Translations under genes and position numbers: made by a program | Origin: Coniocarpon cinnabarinum | Lineage: Eukaryota | Assembly (NCBI GenBank): GCA_051942205.1 | Contig: JAVECO010000017.1 | Span: forward strand, 124,001-188,000 | Reading direction: 5' to 3' | DNA: 64,000 nt | Notes under the pieces: generated by a model | Told to the model about the DNA's origin: nothing | The model's input: the letters and a program-made list of their open reading frames with translations, nothing else | Databases searched by the model: none | Shown: positions 1 to 11,905 of the stretch, one piece after another | Numbering within the stretch: position 1 is the stretch's first letter | Layout: each line of letters begins with the position of its first letter

Positions 1-1323
1 ATGGAAGAAGTCAAGTGCGGCTCTGAAGGTTGCATCCCTATACGAGTCCGCTTGTGATATCGAGCCCCAAACCGAATTGATAAAACCCATCGGAATACGG
101 CTGAAGTGACAGGTCTGGCAGATACGCGCGAGTGGGAGGAGAAGCAGTCGCCTGCAGATATCAGCAGCGACAAGGGCCAAGGAAGGAGATGAAGCTGGGA
201 TGCGCATTATGTGGGGAGCAGCGCAGCCAGGATTTGAGCTATTTACGGCATCGCTAGCCACACCAGAGCTCGAGGTGATGTTTCGCCGTCGACGAGATTC
301 GAGCAGCGCGTCTCAACATGCTAGCGATGGTGCGCATTCGTCGGCTGAGCAACTGGCTGCTGTGGCCTTGCAGTACAAAGGCGCAAGTGACTCGTTGCGG
401 TTGACTAAGATCGTCGAGCATCGTTTTTTCTCGCCGGCTTGATCATTACGGTCACACTGTCTGCTACAAAGTCCATAGTCGGGGCTCATCGGTGGAAGTT
501 GGATATAGTGCCACGCCAGTGGCAGAGGCAGTCTAAACCATGAGCTCCTGACATGAAGAAGTCTTGAGCTGTTGACGAAGCACCAGATCGTGTTACAGCA
601 AGTACTCTCGTCCCGGACCTGTGCTGTCACTTCTCTGCCTGCAGCTACCCGTGTCGTCGAAACCTTCTGCACTCTCAGCTGAAGAGTATAGTTCGCGGTT
701 CTCGTCTCGTCCACTGTCGAAGGGGCAAGATGGAACGGTCCACGGGGGTGGTGACGGTGCACGAAAAGGGAGTAGTCGGTGTGCCCAGGGTGCTGGGTGT
801 GCCGAGCCAGCATTGGCGGGCGGCTAACGCGGCAAGGGGGCCAACCATGACTCCGCACCAGGCCCGATTCGCGCTCGTCTCTCCGCTGTGCTCAAGGTGC
901 GCCCGCTTGTCCTGCCCTGCCCTGCCCTGTCCTGCTCGTCCGCCGTCCTGACCACTCCCACTCCCACCACCACCACCATCCACCGCCAGCCAGCTCCTCA
1001 TCTTGCTTCCTAGCCTCCCACTACTGCCCTTCTCCTACTCGCCAGCCTTGTCGCCCTCTCCTCCCAAACCCTGCGTGCTGTCTTGCATGCCCGCCGCCCA
1101 GCCTGCGACTCGACGCCACTCTCCCTCTGGCGTGTGCCTCACGCCTCCTTCCAACCTTTCCAACGCCTATCCTTTGACTGGTTTCGGCCGGGTGTAGCGG
1201 CGACACCTTTGCGACTCCTGGGCCGCTACACCACAACTCACCACACAACTCCAGCACTTCGCTCATTTGCTCCGATCTGAGCCTCTGTCGTTGTTCGCGT
1301 CTCAGGATCTTGCTGCGCCCTCA

Positions 1324-3323
1324 ATGAGCAGCAATCCTGCTCCTTCCAACTCCCAACCCAGGACCACCAATGACGCCGATGTAGCTTCACCGCCAGACGT
1401 TCCTCCTCGTATGCCGCTTCTCAGCTCTCGATTCCCACTTGCCATGACGCGTTGCGCGCATTGGCAAGAGGAAGCTCAAACGTTGCTAACTCACCACACC
1501 AGAATCATCATCGTCGTCGCCGCCATCCGCTTCCCCCGTCCATGGCACAGCTTCTGCGTCTACTCCTGCTCCAGCGAACACAACCTCACCTCGACAACCG
1601 GAGCTCAATTCAACTCTCGATTCAGAAGGTCGACCAGCAAGAAAGCGCTCGATGACCGATGTCGGAAGGGCCAGCCCGCAGCCAAGGAATGACGACAATA
1701 TGGAACCACAGCAAAGAAAGTCGTCCGCCCAGAACACGTCCGAACGAAGAAGGAAAAGCAGTGGAGGCCAGAATCGGCGCGGTCAAGGAACGGCCGGAGC
1801 AGCCAACACGCGGGCGCCCAGTGCAAACGGGCCCACGCAGCAGAAGCCGCAGAAAACGCGAATGTCCAAGTTCCTTGCCATGTTCAATTGCTGCGCAGCG
1901 CCTTCAGGCGACAATACGCAAATGGTCGACACAGAGCCCACACGCAAGGTAGATCGACCTAGTCAAAGTACACAGAGCACGCCACCTCAAAAGTCGGAAA
2001 CTGGGTTCAAGGAGGCAGAGTCTTCTGACAACACGAAGCCACAGCCTTCTGATGATGCTGGCGCAACATCGTCGTACCCCAAAAGTCCAGTCACGACGAG
2101 TGAGAAGAAAGTGCCGGAAGGTGGACGCACGGGCGTGCCCTCTGACACAACCCGGACATCCAATGTGCCAGGGGATGTTCTCGCTCAGCCAACGGAAAAA
2201 AGCAATATGGATAAGCCTTTGCCAGCATCACCCCAAGCTGAAGACGTGCCCAAAAATGGTGCGACTGCAGCCGCCGGAGCAGGAGCCATAGGCGCCGCAG
2301 GAGTAGCGGGAGCGGGAATTGCGGCCGCCAATTCACGGGACCCCTCGAAATCTGACAAGCCGCCTGCTGAGGGCGCTGAACAAGTCATCTCCGACCGCAC
2401 TCCCCAACAAGCACAAACCGATGAAGACATTGAGATGAAAGATGCGCCTCCCTCCGTCCCTCTTGCACCCCACGAAGTCGATGCGAAAAAGGACCTTGCA
2501 GCACCCACGACGGCGCCCCAAGGTGAAACGAATCCGCCTACCTTTCCGCCGCCGCCTCCAGCCCCCGTCCCTCCCACCGACGGACAATTCCAAAGCTCAC
2601 AAACTCGGAACACGGGCGCTTCAGGGCCAACGGAGCAGTCTCAAGAAGATCGGAAGTGGTTGCTGCCACCGTTGCGACAAGAAATGCGAGGAAAGAAGTG
2701 TCTGGTCCTGGACCTGGACGAGACGCTCGTGCACAGTAGCTTCAAGGTACGTCTGCGGCCATCTTTCTCCTTTGTGATCTCTCCTGACGTACCTCCAGAT
2801 ACTGCATCAAGCGGACTTTACGATACCGGTCGAAATCGAGGGACAATACCATAATGTCTATGTCATCAAACGTCCAGGGGTTGATCAGTTCATGAAGCGG
2901 GTGGGCGAGCTCTACGAGGTTGTCGTCTTCACCGCCTCTGTCGCAAAGGTAAGCGTGATTGTATTGCGCGGTCTGACGTCTTTTTCACCGCTAACGTTCC
3001 TCTTCCTGTAGTACGGTGACCCGCTGCTCGACCAGCTCGACATCCACCACACCGTGCATCACCGCCTCTTCCGCGAAAGCTGCTACAACCATCAAGGCAA
3101 CTACGTCAAAGACCTTTCCCAGATTGGTCGCGATCTCCGCGACACCATCATCATCGACAACAGCCCCTCGTCCTACATCTTCCATCCCCAGCATGCCGTC
3201 CCCATCAGCAGCTGGTTTAGCGACGCACACGACAATGAACTTCTCGATCTCATACCCGTCTTGGAGGATCTCGCTGGCGAACAGGTCCAAGATGTCAGTC
3301 TCGTTCTCGATGTTGGCTTATAG
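1324..3323 (+). CDS. PSR1: Psr1/Psr2-type (FCP1/SCP, NIF-family) HAD phosphatase; introns 1409-1502, 2747-2798, 2949-3011
   Basis: Spliced frame gives [33 protein letters not shown]...[37 protein letters not shown]...RLFRESC...IIDNSP, with the DLDET catalytic motif. All three introns have GT-AG ends and CTAAC/CTGAC branch points. A Cys-Cys pair (FNCCAA) lies in the disordered N-terminal part. Confidence 0.93.
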
Positions 3324-4276
3324 CGATACCCCTTCTCAACGTATCCTCATCATCATCCTGGCATACATGACACGAGTCTCAGCGATCAGCATCACACACT
3401 CGCTATATTCTCAAGGATGGGCACCACACTTATATTCACTTCTCCATTTTGTACATGTTGAAATATTTTGCGAACGAGATGGTTAAAGCGAGTGCTCTCG
3501 AGGAAAACGTCCGGACCACCTACGGGAGAGGGGTCGCCACCGCCACCGCCCACGGCATATTTCTTTACAAAGTCTTTTTTCCCCCTACTTTTCATTCGCT
3601 TCTATTTGCATCTTCATAGGTGTCCTGCGGGATGGGCTTGCAGCATTTGCACTGGTATGCATCGATGGCGCTTGAGGGAGGACGCGCCACTGCGGGGATC
3701 GCCACGGCACCCTTGCTGCCGAGGGCATTGCTGGTGCTGTTTGGCTGGGGAGACCGTTGTGCGGGTGTGGGTGCGGGTGCGGATACCTACGTATAGTGAC
3801 ATGCGACGCTTCGGACCAATGCCCTCTGCATATACATACACATACCACACACGAACACACACACACTCATACACACTCATCTTTAAAAAGCTCTTTTCAA
3901 GTTTACACATTCGCTCGGACGGGCTGTCGGCTGGAGCGTGCGCATGGAGGTGGAGGGGATGGATAGATGGTGGAAGGGATGGATAGTGGAAGGACATACG
4001 CACTGCGTCGGCTGGCTGGAGCTTGCTCGAGACTGTCGTCTGCGCGTTCCCACTCCTGGTGGTGACAGTGTTGGTGTTGGTGGAGGCGCGGTGTGGCGCG
4101 ACTGCATAGCATATCTAGTAATTGATGTCTACTGACACGCTCTACTCATTCGACTACTTTTCACTTTTCTCATCTTCTGCATCCTCTTCCTCGACGAGCC
4201 TTTCCACTTCCATTTCGCAGACATTGTACGTGCAGCGTTCTCAAACTCACATTGCTTGACTTGACCTAGACCTGAA

Positions 4277-5068
4277 TCATCTCACATATCGGCTCATGAA
4301 CCTCCGATGGAAATCACTCCGCAGCGCATCATTCACAAACTCGCGTCCCCGTCGCTTCGCCGCCTCCTCCGTCCCCCGCGCCTGATTCTTAAACACAACA
4401 TCATCATCCCACCGGCGCTTGACGCCGAAATCCCTCCGACCCCTCTGTATTCCCGCCATGTCCTCGTCCTCCTCCGCGCCCTCGTTCAGCAGTGGGTTCC
4501 CCCGCGCAATGTCATACTCCCTCTCTTCGCGGTCCTTCGCGGCTTTGGCTTCCTCCGCCTTTTGCCGCTGGGCGAGGCGTTCGGATTTGATTTTTTCGAG
4601 TTCGCGGCGGAGCGCCGCTTCGTCGTCTTCGTCTTCGTCCGAGGACTCCGCTTCGGACGAGGCGGTGGAATCGGAAGCGGAGGTGGAGGCGTCGTCGTCG
4701 TGGGTTTCTTCGAGGATGCGGCGTCTTCTCTTGGCTTCGGGATCTTCGTCCGGCTCCCCTCCGTTGGCGTTTGAAGCGTTGGGTTCGTCGTTGGGATCAG
4801 TGGATGGAGGGGGTGGGGTTTTGCGTTTTAGACTGCCGTCGGGTGCTGTGAGTTCTTTGGAGGGATCCTGTGAAGAGGAGTCTGTGGTTGAGGCGGTGTT
4901 GGGTGTTGTGGAAGAAGGGGTGGTGGAAAGACCGCCGATGCCGCCTTGGCCTCTTTTGCGCTGTTTGAGGTGGGTGTGTGCTGGGAGGAGGCGTTGGTGG
5001 TATGCTGGGCCTCTTTGGGCTTCTTTGCCTTTGGCGGGGTCGAAGGTTGGGCGATGGGCTGTTGTCAT
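4277..5068 (-). CDS. CWC15: Pre-mRNA splicing factor Cwc15/Cwf15
   Basis: Begins MTTAHRPTFDPAKG and ends KRRWDDDVVFKNQARG...FVNDALRSDFHRRFMSRYVR, the hallmark Cwc15 termini. Confidence 0.96.
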   Translation of the reverse strand: MTTAHRPTFDPAKGKEAQRGPAYHQRLLPAHTHLKQRKRGQGGIGGLSTTPSSTTPNTASTTDSSSQDPSKELTAPDGSLKRKTPPPPSTDPNDEPNASNANGGEPDEDPEAKRRRRILEETHDDDASTSASDSTASSEAESSDEDEDDEAALRRELEKIKSERLAQRQKAEEAKAAKDREEREYDIARGNPLLNEGAEEDEDMAGIQRGRRDFGVKRRWDDDVVFKNQARGTEEAAKRRGREFVNDALRSDFHRRFMSRYVR

Positions 5069-5607
5069 GGTTGCTTTTGAGCTGCTGCAGCTGGAATGCG
5101 AGAGAAGGTCGGCTCAACTGGAGATGGAAGGGTTTGACAATTGGATGGGCCTGTATTTGAAGAGTTCCGACGGTAATAGTGGAAATCGATGAGACTATGA
5201 GAAGACACCAATCACACTGATGACGAGTATTTCCACCACTTTTCTTGGATGGAGCGCGAATCTCTCGTGCCTGTTGAACATATAACGAATCGTTGGTGAA
5301 GCGTAGAAGCGGATAAATTCCGCGAGAATGTAGACCCAGCTACAAACTGGGCCTAGCGTAGAATAGTCTTGGCACTTGTCATTGCATCCGTCGCGTGTCA
5401 AAAGAATTCCATTTCTTGTACCAACACGTGCCGACTTTGCTCTCGACTTTTCGGTCCGTAATTCGGTTTTGCACAATCATATAAAATCCTAGGATCATTG
5501 ATGAGACATCAACGCAAAGATTTTACTATACTTATTCGGCCGTGACGCGAGCCCTGAAATAACGTCAACCCTGACTTCTCACTCTACTCGTCGCTTTTCC
5601 AACAGCT

Positions 5608-7374
5608 ATGGCGGCACAAGAGTACGAAAAGTTGACGGTGTTGAAGTTGCGGGAGGTCTTTAAGGAGCGTGGAATCGCGGCGACGGGCTTGACGAAGAAA
5701 CAGCAGTTGATTGACAAGCTCCGGGAGGTGGACGCGGAGTCCGCCCCTGCTGGCGAAGACGCGGAGGATGAACCTCCCCAGGATTCAAGAACGGCTGAGG
5801 ATGATGCTCCGGGGGAAGAGCCCGCTGCAGCAGAGTCTGTTCAGGCTGTAGAACCTGTCGAGCCTTTACAACCAGAGGAACCTGAAGCACCCGAAGCATC
5901 AGGAGCACCAGAACCGTCCGAAGAACCAGAATTACCTCAAGCACCGCCAGTTGAAGAGGAGCAGAAACAAGCGCAGCTCACTTCTGAGAAGCCAGATTCA
6001 GCACCAGCACAGCCTGCGCTGCAGCCGTCTGAGACGAGATCACCGTCGCCCAAAGCTGCTGAAGACGACAGTCGCAAACGTAAACGTCGAAGCCTAACAC
6101 CACCTGTGGACGAGGACGAAGTCGCTCAGAAGAGGCAAAAGCAAGAGGAGGAGACGACTCCAACTCAAGAAGCGGCGATGGCTGAAGTCGAACCACTTGC
6201 AGACGCCAACGCTGAGGAGGCAGCGAACAAAGCAGCAGCAGTGGAGGCAAAGAAATCGTTACCTGAACAGCAAGAGAAGGCCGCCGAGGTCGAATTAGCC
6301 GCCGAGGAGTCAGCAGAGCAGGCTCTCAGCAACGATTCGAAGCCCCTCACTGGAGACACTTCGCAAGACGCGCGGTTTCGCAACCTCTCCACCACACTCG
6401 ACAGAGATGCGAGCGTGCCGGAGGGCGCAGACCAGGGAGACACAGGTGATCGCGATGTCGAACCGTCACGCCATGTCGCGACCGCTGCCATCTACATTCG
6501 TAACCTCAAGCGTCCGATCAGAGAAGGCCAACTACGAGACCACCTCAAAATCCTTGCTGCACCTTCTTCGGCGACAGCAGAAGATATCGAAGATTTGGGT
6601 GTGCAGGTTTATCTGGACTCATTGCGGACTCACGCTTTTGCTCTTCTTCCGTCAATCTCCCACGCAACTCGGATCCGTTTGAAATTACATGACGTGGTTT
6701 GGCCGAAGGAGCGAGAGCGGGACGCGTTGTTTGTTGACTTCATTGGCGAAAAACAATATGACGACTTCGTGCGCGAGGAAGAAGCCGCTGTCAATGCTCC
6801 CGCAGGTCGAGGAGGCAGCATGAAGCGTTTCGAAGTCGCTTACATTCCGGACGCGGAGGGCAACAAACGCGCCGAGTTACGTGAGCAATCCGGTGCTGGA
6901 GCTGGTGTTCCAGGTGCGCCCACTGGGCCTCGACAGGCCAGTACCGCCAACAATGAGCCACTGGCAGGACGGAAACCGCGACCTCTTGCGGAGGCGCCTC
7001 CCGACACACCAAGTTTTGGGGCGTTAGGTAAAATGTTCAAGTCGACGGAAGCGAAGCCGAAGCTCTACTTTCAGCCTGTGCCGCAAAAATTGGCAGACGA
7101 TCGTCTTGAAGAGCTCAAGAGCCAGACCAGCGCGCGATTGATGGGTGATGAAGTGGGCGGTGGAAGTGGCCTGCCTGATTCGAGACGGTATACCTTTGAG
7201 GAGAAGTCGTGGATGGAAGGTCGACATATCACAGATGATGGCAAAGGCGTCAATGCATACGAGGGAAGTCGCCGGCTTTGTGATAACGGACCGGAGTTCG
7301 GACTCAAAGTGCCCACGGAGTTTCGACGAAATCGCGGAGGAGGGTTCAGAGGGGGACGTGGCCGACTGAGGTGA
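5608..7374 (+). CDS. SAP-domain protein with degenerate RRM and RSB-like motif (Acinus-like)
   Basis: N-terminal SAP (YEKLTVLKLREVFKERGIAATGLTKKQQLIDKL), AIYIRNLKRP RRM-like segment, LGKMFKSTEAKPKLYFQP RSB-like motif and RGG tail. Confidence 0.8.
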   Translation: MAAQEYEKLTVLKLREVFKERGIAATGLTKKQQLIDKLREVDAESAPAGEDAEDEPPQDSRTAEDDAPGEEPAAAESVQAVEPVEPLQPEEPEAPEASGAPEPSEEPELPQAPPVEEEQKQAQLTSEKPDSAPAQPALQPSETRSPSPKAAEDDSRKRKRRSLTPPVDEDEVAQKRQKQEEETTPTQEAAMAEVEPLADANAEEAANKAAAVEAKKSLPEQQEKAAEVELAAEESAEQALSNDSKPLTGDTSQDARFRNLSTTLDRDASVPEGADQGDTGDRDVEPSRHVATAAIYIRNLKRPIREGQLRDHLKILAAPSSATAEDIEDLGVQVYLDSLRTHAFALLPSISHATRIRLKLHDVVWPKERERDALFVDFIGEKQYDDFVREEEAAVNAPAGRGGSMKRFEVAYIPDAEGNKRAELREQSGAGAGVPGAPTGPRQASTANNEPLAGRKPRPLAEAPPDTPSFGALGKMFKSTEAKPKLYFQPVPQKLADDRLEELKSQTSARLMGDEVGGGSGLPDSRRYTFEEKSWMEGRHITDDGKGVNAYEGSRRLCDNGPEFGLKVPTEFRRNRGGGFRGGRGRLR

Positions 7375-7612
7375 AGTAATTTGCTGGAACTCTCTTGGTG
7401 AGCTGCCTGCATTAAATGTTACTTCTCTGCCCCCATTGTAGCAAATTTTGTTGCAGTTGCCTCTGCCTTGTGCTTCTGTTGTGCTCCGTGACTCGCAAAT
7501 ATTAGTCAGAGACTGTCTGCATGCCAACTCCACATCCTGCAACCATTTCACAACTCGATCTTCTACAACTACAACACAACCACCACATAACCACCACACA
7601 ACCACTACCAAG

Positions 7613-8032
7613 ATGACATCACGCATAACTCAGGCAGACACCGACATGATCGCCTACCTCAAACGCATCCAGTATTTCAAACCACCTACCGAAGCCAAAG
7701 AGCTCCGAGCTTATGCATCATATCGCGGACTCTGCCAAATGATGTCAAATCGGACACACATCACCCCGCAGGAGGCTTATTGGTATCGTGAGGAGGCCAG
7801 AGATCTTACCATTCAGAGCTCGGTAATGGAGACCCAATTTCAGCGAATTGTGGAATTCGCTAAGGTGGTGAAACCAATCGTCAGCGGACTGATAGCAAAA
7901 TTCAACGAGCGGATCAATTCCCCCGATTACGATGCCAGCGTTGAGGATCCTCATCGGAGGGTAGCGAACGACCTGAGAACATTGACGGATATGGAACGTG
8001 AAGCCAAGATGTGGGGTGGTTTTGATGAGTAG
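7613..8032 (+). CDS. Orphan 139-aa helical protein (island member 1)
   Basis: Intronless ORF from an ATG that follows a CAA/CAC-rich leader; amphipathic charged sequence; no recognised family. Confidence 0.55.
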   Translation: MTSRITQADTDMIAYLKRIQYFKPPTEAKELRAYASYRGLCQMMSNRTHITPQEAYWYREEARDLTIQSSVMETQFQRIVEFAKVVKPIVSGLIAKFNERINSPDYDASVEDPHRRVANDLRTLTDMEREAKMWGGFDE

Positions 8033-9173
8033 TCGTGTCTGACTGCCATTGCGGCTTAGCCAACTAACGTGAGTCATAGCAGTGAACAGGGACTTGCGAC
8101 TGTTTGGGCCAGGTCAACGACCAATATTTACACCTGAACACCAAGACATTGCCGCATGTTTGAAAAGGTGAATGGAGTGGGAAACTTTGTCAGTTCCATC
8201 AGCTACTGTCAGAAATGAGTCACAGCAGCAGGATAGCGATATCGTCTCTGTCATGCTTTTCAACAAACATTCTTGTATTGTGTAATATAATTCGACTTCA
8301 ATACAATGCATCCACAAGTCCGCCTTATGGCGAATCAGCTTTTTCTTGGTACTATCCTGGCTTCAAAGGACCATAGTCTCAGCCTCAACATCAGCACCTA
8401 TCTACCTGTTTCTTAACGGTTTAGCGCGATCAAAACCTTTACACCCCAGCCAGCTCCACTTCAGAAAATCATTCGAGTGTCTCGTAATCATTAATACTCA
8501 AACGTTCATCGTTGCTTACAGAACTGTGAAGGGGACTTAATCCTTGAGAATGGAGGCTCGATCTTGAGGTGTCGAGGGGACTGATTGCCCGTACAAACTG
8601 GCTGAAGCTGAAGCGCATCAAAGCTTCCATGTGAGCGTAACTACATTCCTCGGCACACGAGCCCTTCTCTTGAAAAATGCAAAAACTTGAACGATTCCAA
8701 CGCCTCGTCGAAACCTAGGGAAGCATCCCAAGCGACGTCCTAAAGACGGCAATCATTGTCGCCATGTGACCTCCTGATTCTGAAGCTGCTGATTATTCCA
8801 TAGTTGACCTCAGGACATCTTTCATTTGACTTGGATATCTATGGGCTGCAAGTTTAACACGACCCGATCTACATGCCTTCCATCATGAGCTGCACGACAA
8901 CATTTTCCTCCATCGCTGAGCAAGGCGTGCTCATTTGCACTTTGAACCCAGATACGCGCTCCTCCACTGCTCAGAAGCGTCCCTCAAGCGCATTGCCACG
9001 ACACCTGAAAATGAAGACGCCATATTCATATCAATCGTTTCCTACTGGATCGATTCCACTTGCGCTTCGTCTCTACTTCGAACAACGGCGAACGGAGTCA
9101 AATTGCGCGGCGCATGATGAAAGGGATGTTGTTTCACGCCTTTCTAGTATGCGCAGATCCACCTCGTCCACCA

Positions 9174-9692
9174 TCAAAGCTTGATGCGCTCAAGGCAAGT
9201 CATCATGCTGAATCGGCGTTTCTGAGTCTCATGAGAATATCCGAGATCGGCCCTGACCTCCCGCATGAACGCTTGGAGCTCTCTCAGCCGCTGGAAAGCA
9301 GGTTGCTCCTCGTTCTTCAGCCGGCTTTCGCACTCCCTCTGAAAGCGACGATTCTGCGCTCGGACATCGTCGATTCGTTGCGCGACTTGGCGACTCACAA
9401 GCCTCTTGCTGTCTTTGCACACGAGCGCAATCTCGAGCATGCGTGCGACGGGGTTGAATTTGGAGAACGCCGCTCGAGTGCGACGGCCACCCCTGAACCA
9501 CCAGCAGAGCTCGTGATCCAATGGCCGGATCTGCTCATGTGCATCAAGCTGCCTTTCGATGTCAATGGACAAGATGCGCATGATTACGTGAGTGGGCAGT
9601 GTTGGTAGTGTGGAAGTTGCTCCAGAGGCTCTGCCGGTCGGGTTGAAACACGCCAAAGTGGATTGCAGGAAATCTGCAAAGCGTCGTGGCAT
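9174..9692 (-). CDS. Orphan protein with F-box-like N-terminal signature
   Basis: STLPTLPTHVIMRILS and a later IALVCK resemble the LPxE(V/I)xxxI and (L/S)LVCK ends of F-box motifs, but the spacing is long. Confidence 0.4.
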   Translation of the reverse strand: MPRRFADFLQSTLACFNPTGRASGATSTLPTLPTHVIMRILSIDIERQLDAHEQIRPLDHELCWWFRGGRRTRAAFSKFNPVARMLEIALVCKDSKRLVSRQVAQRIDDVRAQNRRFQRECESRLKNEEQPAFQRLRELQAFMREVRADLGYSHETQKRRFSMMTCLERIKL

Positions 9693-10442
9693 CGTAATTG
9701 GTAGGAGACACTACGGTGGCGCACGTAAGGTTTGCGTACAGCTGGTTTAGACCGTGCATTCTCATTGTATTGTAAATTTTCTCTCCTCATTGCAGCTTTC
9801 GAACACCTTGCCAAGTAAGTGGTTGGATATGTGTCAGCTCTCGTATCCCAGAAGGGCAGATTTCTATGCCAGTGCACTATACTTGCCATTTGGAACTACA
9901 ATATCTGAACGACTTAGACAACGACGCTCCCAGTGTGAGTCGGCGTTGAGGCGGCGATCAAAAGGTTGGTGATGAGGTTACAATGAAACGCTCACCTCAC
10001 CTGACATTGTTGCTCCAACCTGAGCTCAACGATGGAAAAGTTTGAGGATAGCACGAGTACCAGCGCAGCTTTTGAATAGTATCAGGAAAATTATGGAGGT
10101 TCTCAGTGGCATGACTGAGCATATTATATATTTGCTCTGGAATGCTTTCCTGCCACTTCATCTAGACCCATAAGAGCCACAAGTGATGACGAACTGTCCT
10201 CAGACCGACGTGTTCGCAAGCGATCAAACGAAAAGAAACTGTTGCTTTGAGACTTACGTTCTCTAAGCGATATGTTCAAAATCAATGAGCGATGCGCACC
10301 ACGTGACGAGAAGGTGAAGGCAGGATATGCGTGGCGTCATGCCTACCCGCTTTGCAAGTCTATTTAATGCGACGCTCCTCTTTATGCTTCCCACAAACAC
10401 CAAACAACCAATGAAATTCCCTGTGAAGTGATCAACAACACA

Positions 10443-10868
10443 ATGACGAGCGACACTGTCGACACGGCCCTGCATAATCTTGAGCACAAAATTAACATCT
10501 ACGAAAAGGTCGCAAGATACTTCTCTCTGATTCTCAACATGCATGCAAAAGCTGTCTTCAGCACTTTTATGACCATCGCATGCTACGATCAGAAATTCCA
10601 GTACAATCCAAGTCACGCAGACGAGAATCCTGTGTCAATCCGGAAGGAGGGCCTCAAGCACCTTGATCATCTCCGTTCCCTTGAGACTTCCCATAATGAG
10701 ATGCGGGACTACTTCCTCTGGCCGCCGCCCACGGCAAGGAGATGCCTTCAGATTATGAAATCAATAGCGCGGGAAGGAGCGCTGGAACTCGATCAAGCTT
10801 TCGCGGCTTTGGGAGAGATAAAACTTGATGAGAAGCTCCGTGGAGCGGCTCGGAAATGTCAAGACTGA
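10443..10868 (+). CDS. Orphan 141-aa helical protein (island member 2)
   Basis: Intronless ORF from ATG 10443. Its C-terminus LGEIKLDEKLRGAARKCQD resembles that of the 18544 ORF. Confidence 0.55.
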   Translation: MTSDTVDTALHNLEHKINIYEKVARYFSLILNMHAKAVFSTFMTIACYDQKFQYNPSHADENPVSIRKEGLKHLDHLRSLETSHNEMRDYFLWPPPTARRCLQIMKSIAREGALELDQAFAALGEIKLDEKLRGAARKCQD

Positions 10869-10899
10869 AATGTGGAAGTTTTGATTTCCTCGAGCATTG

Positions 10900-11260
10900 T
10901 CTAATAGTATACTAGAGAAAAAAGAGTATTTAAACAAAAATGGCCGGGCTATCTTCTTGTGTAGGGCCTTCTACGTAGAGCATAGAGTTCCTCTTAGGCT
11001 ATTGCTAGATTTTAGTCTAGGTAGCAAGCCTTTCTAGTTAAAAAGATTTAGCTAAAAAGCTAAGAGTATAAAGACCTTTATCTTCTATGCTTTTCTAGGT
11101 ACTCTATTATACTACTTATAAGTACTCTCTTTTTTAGCTTTTATATATAGCTTAGACCTAATACCTTCTAGTACCTGAAGAGCCTAAAATATATCTAAAT
11201 CTTTCTCCTAGATTTAAAAATTGTAAGATAGTACTAAAAATTATCTGTATGATCCTACTT
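10900..11260. repeat. AT-rich, TpA-enriched patch consistent with a RIP-mutated repeat/transposon relic
   Basis: Abrupt GC drop with dense TAG/CTA/TATA words and few CpA/TpG; no ORF. Confidence 0.7.
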
Positions 11261-11905
11261 TTGCCGGCTATACTCTATTACTTGTCTTATTCTGCGCCCA
11301 TAGCATATAGATGTCGCACTATGTATTATACATGCCATAGATACCGTTAAGGTAAGTGGGGTCTGAGGATGTGGCTCGCGCCGAGCTCTGAGCAGATAAG
11401 CCCAGGGCTTCAAGGACCTTACAAAGCCAAGGCAGCACATCGTCTGCTAATAGCTCGACGTCTGCAAAGAGCTATGGTGAGCAAACCTCTTAGACTCGAA
11501 TCATTGGACCTTCTTGCTTCCGACCGAAGCTAGAGGATCGGAAGTCGACACTCTGCAACATCCCCCCCCCCCGCAACGTATGTTATGGGGCCTGATATCG
11601 TCGCAGCCCTAGGAGGAGGTTGAAGTCTAAATTTGAGCTCCTCTCAGATGATAGGAGCAAAATGAGTTCAACATAGAATATGTGCACTGTCAAAGCCGCT
11701 TCATGAGTGACAGCATCGTCTCGTCTAGATTCGACTGTAACGAAATGGACAATGAGTGCACACGAGCGTTCTGATTTTAACTCTGCGTAGTCACAATGCA
11801 CACTGTGAGGCTGGACTTTGGTAGAAATTGGAAGGATGCAATTTTGAGTCTTCTTTTACTTTGACAACTTCGCAATCCTTTCCCCTACTAACTAAGCAAA
11901 GAACA

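Noticed and set aside
3468..4135. Overlapping ORFs downstream of PSR1
   Set aside because: They derive from simple repeats (GGGTGC, ACAC, GGAT) in 3' UTR or intergenic sequence.
4307..5192. Long + strand ORFs over CWC15, and similar shadows over other genes
   Set aside because: Antisense shadows of GC-rich coding sequence.
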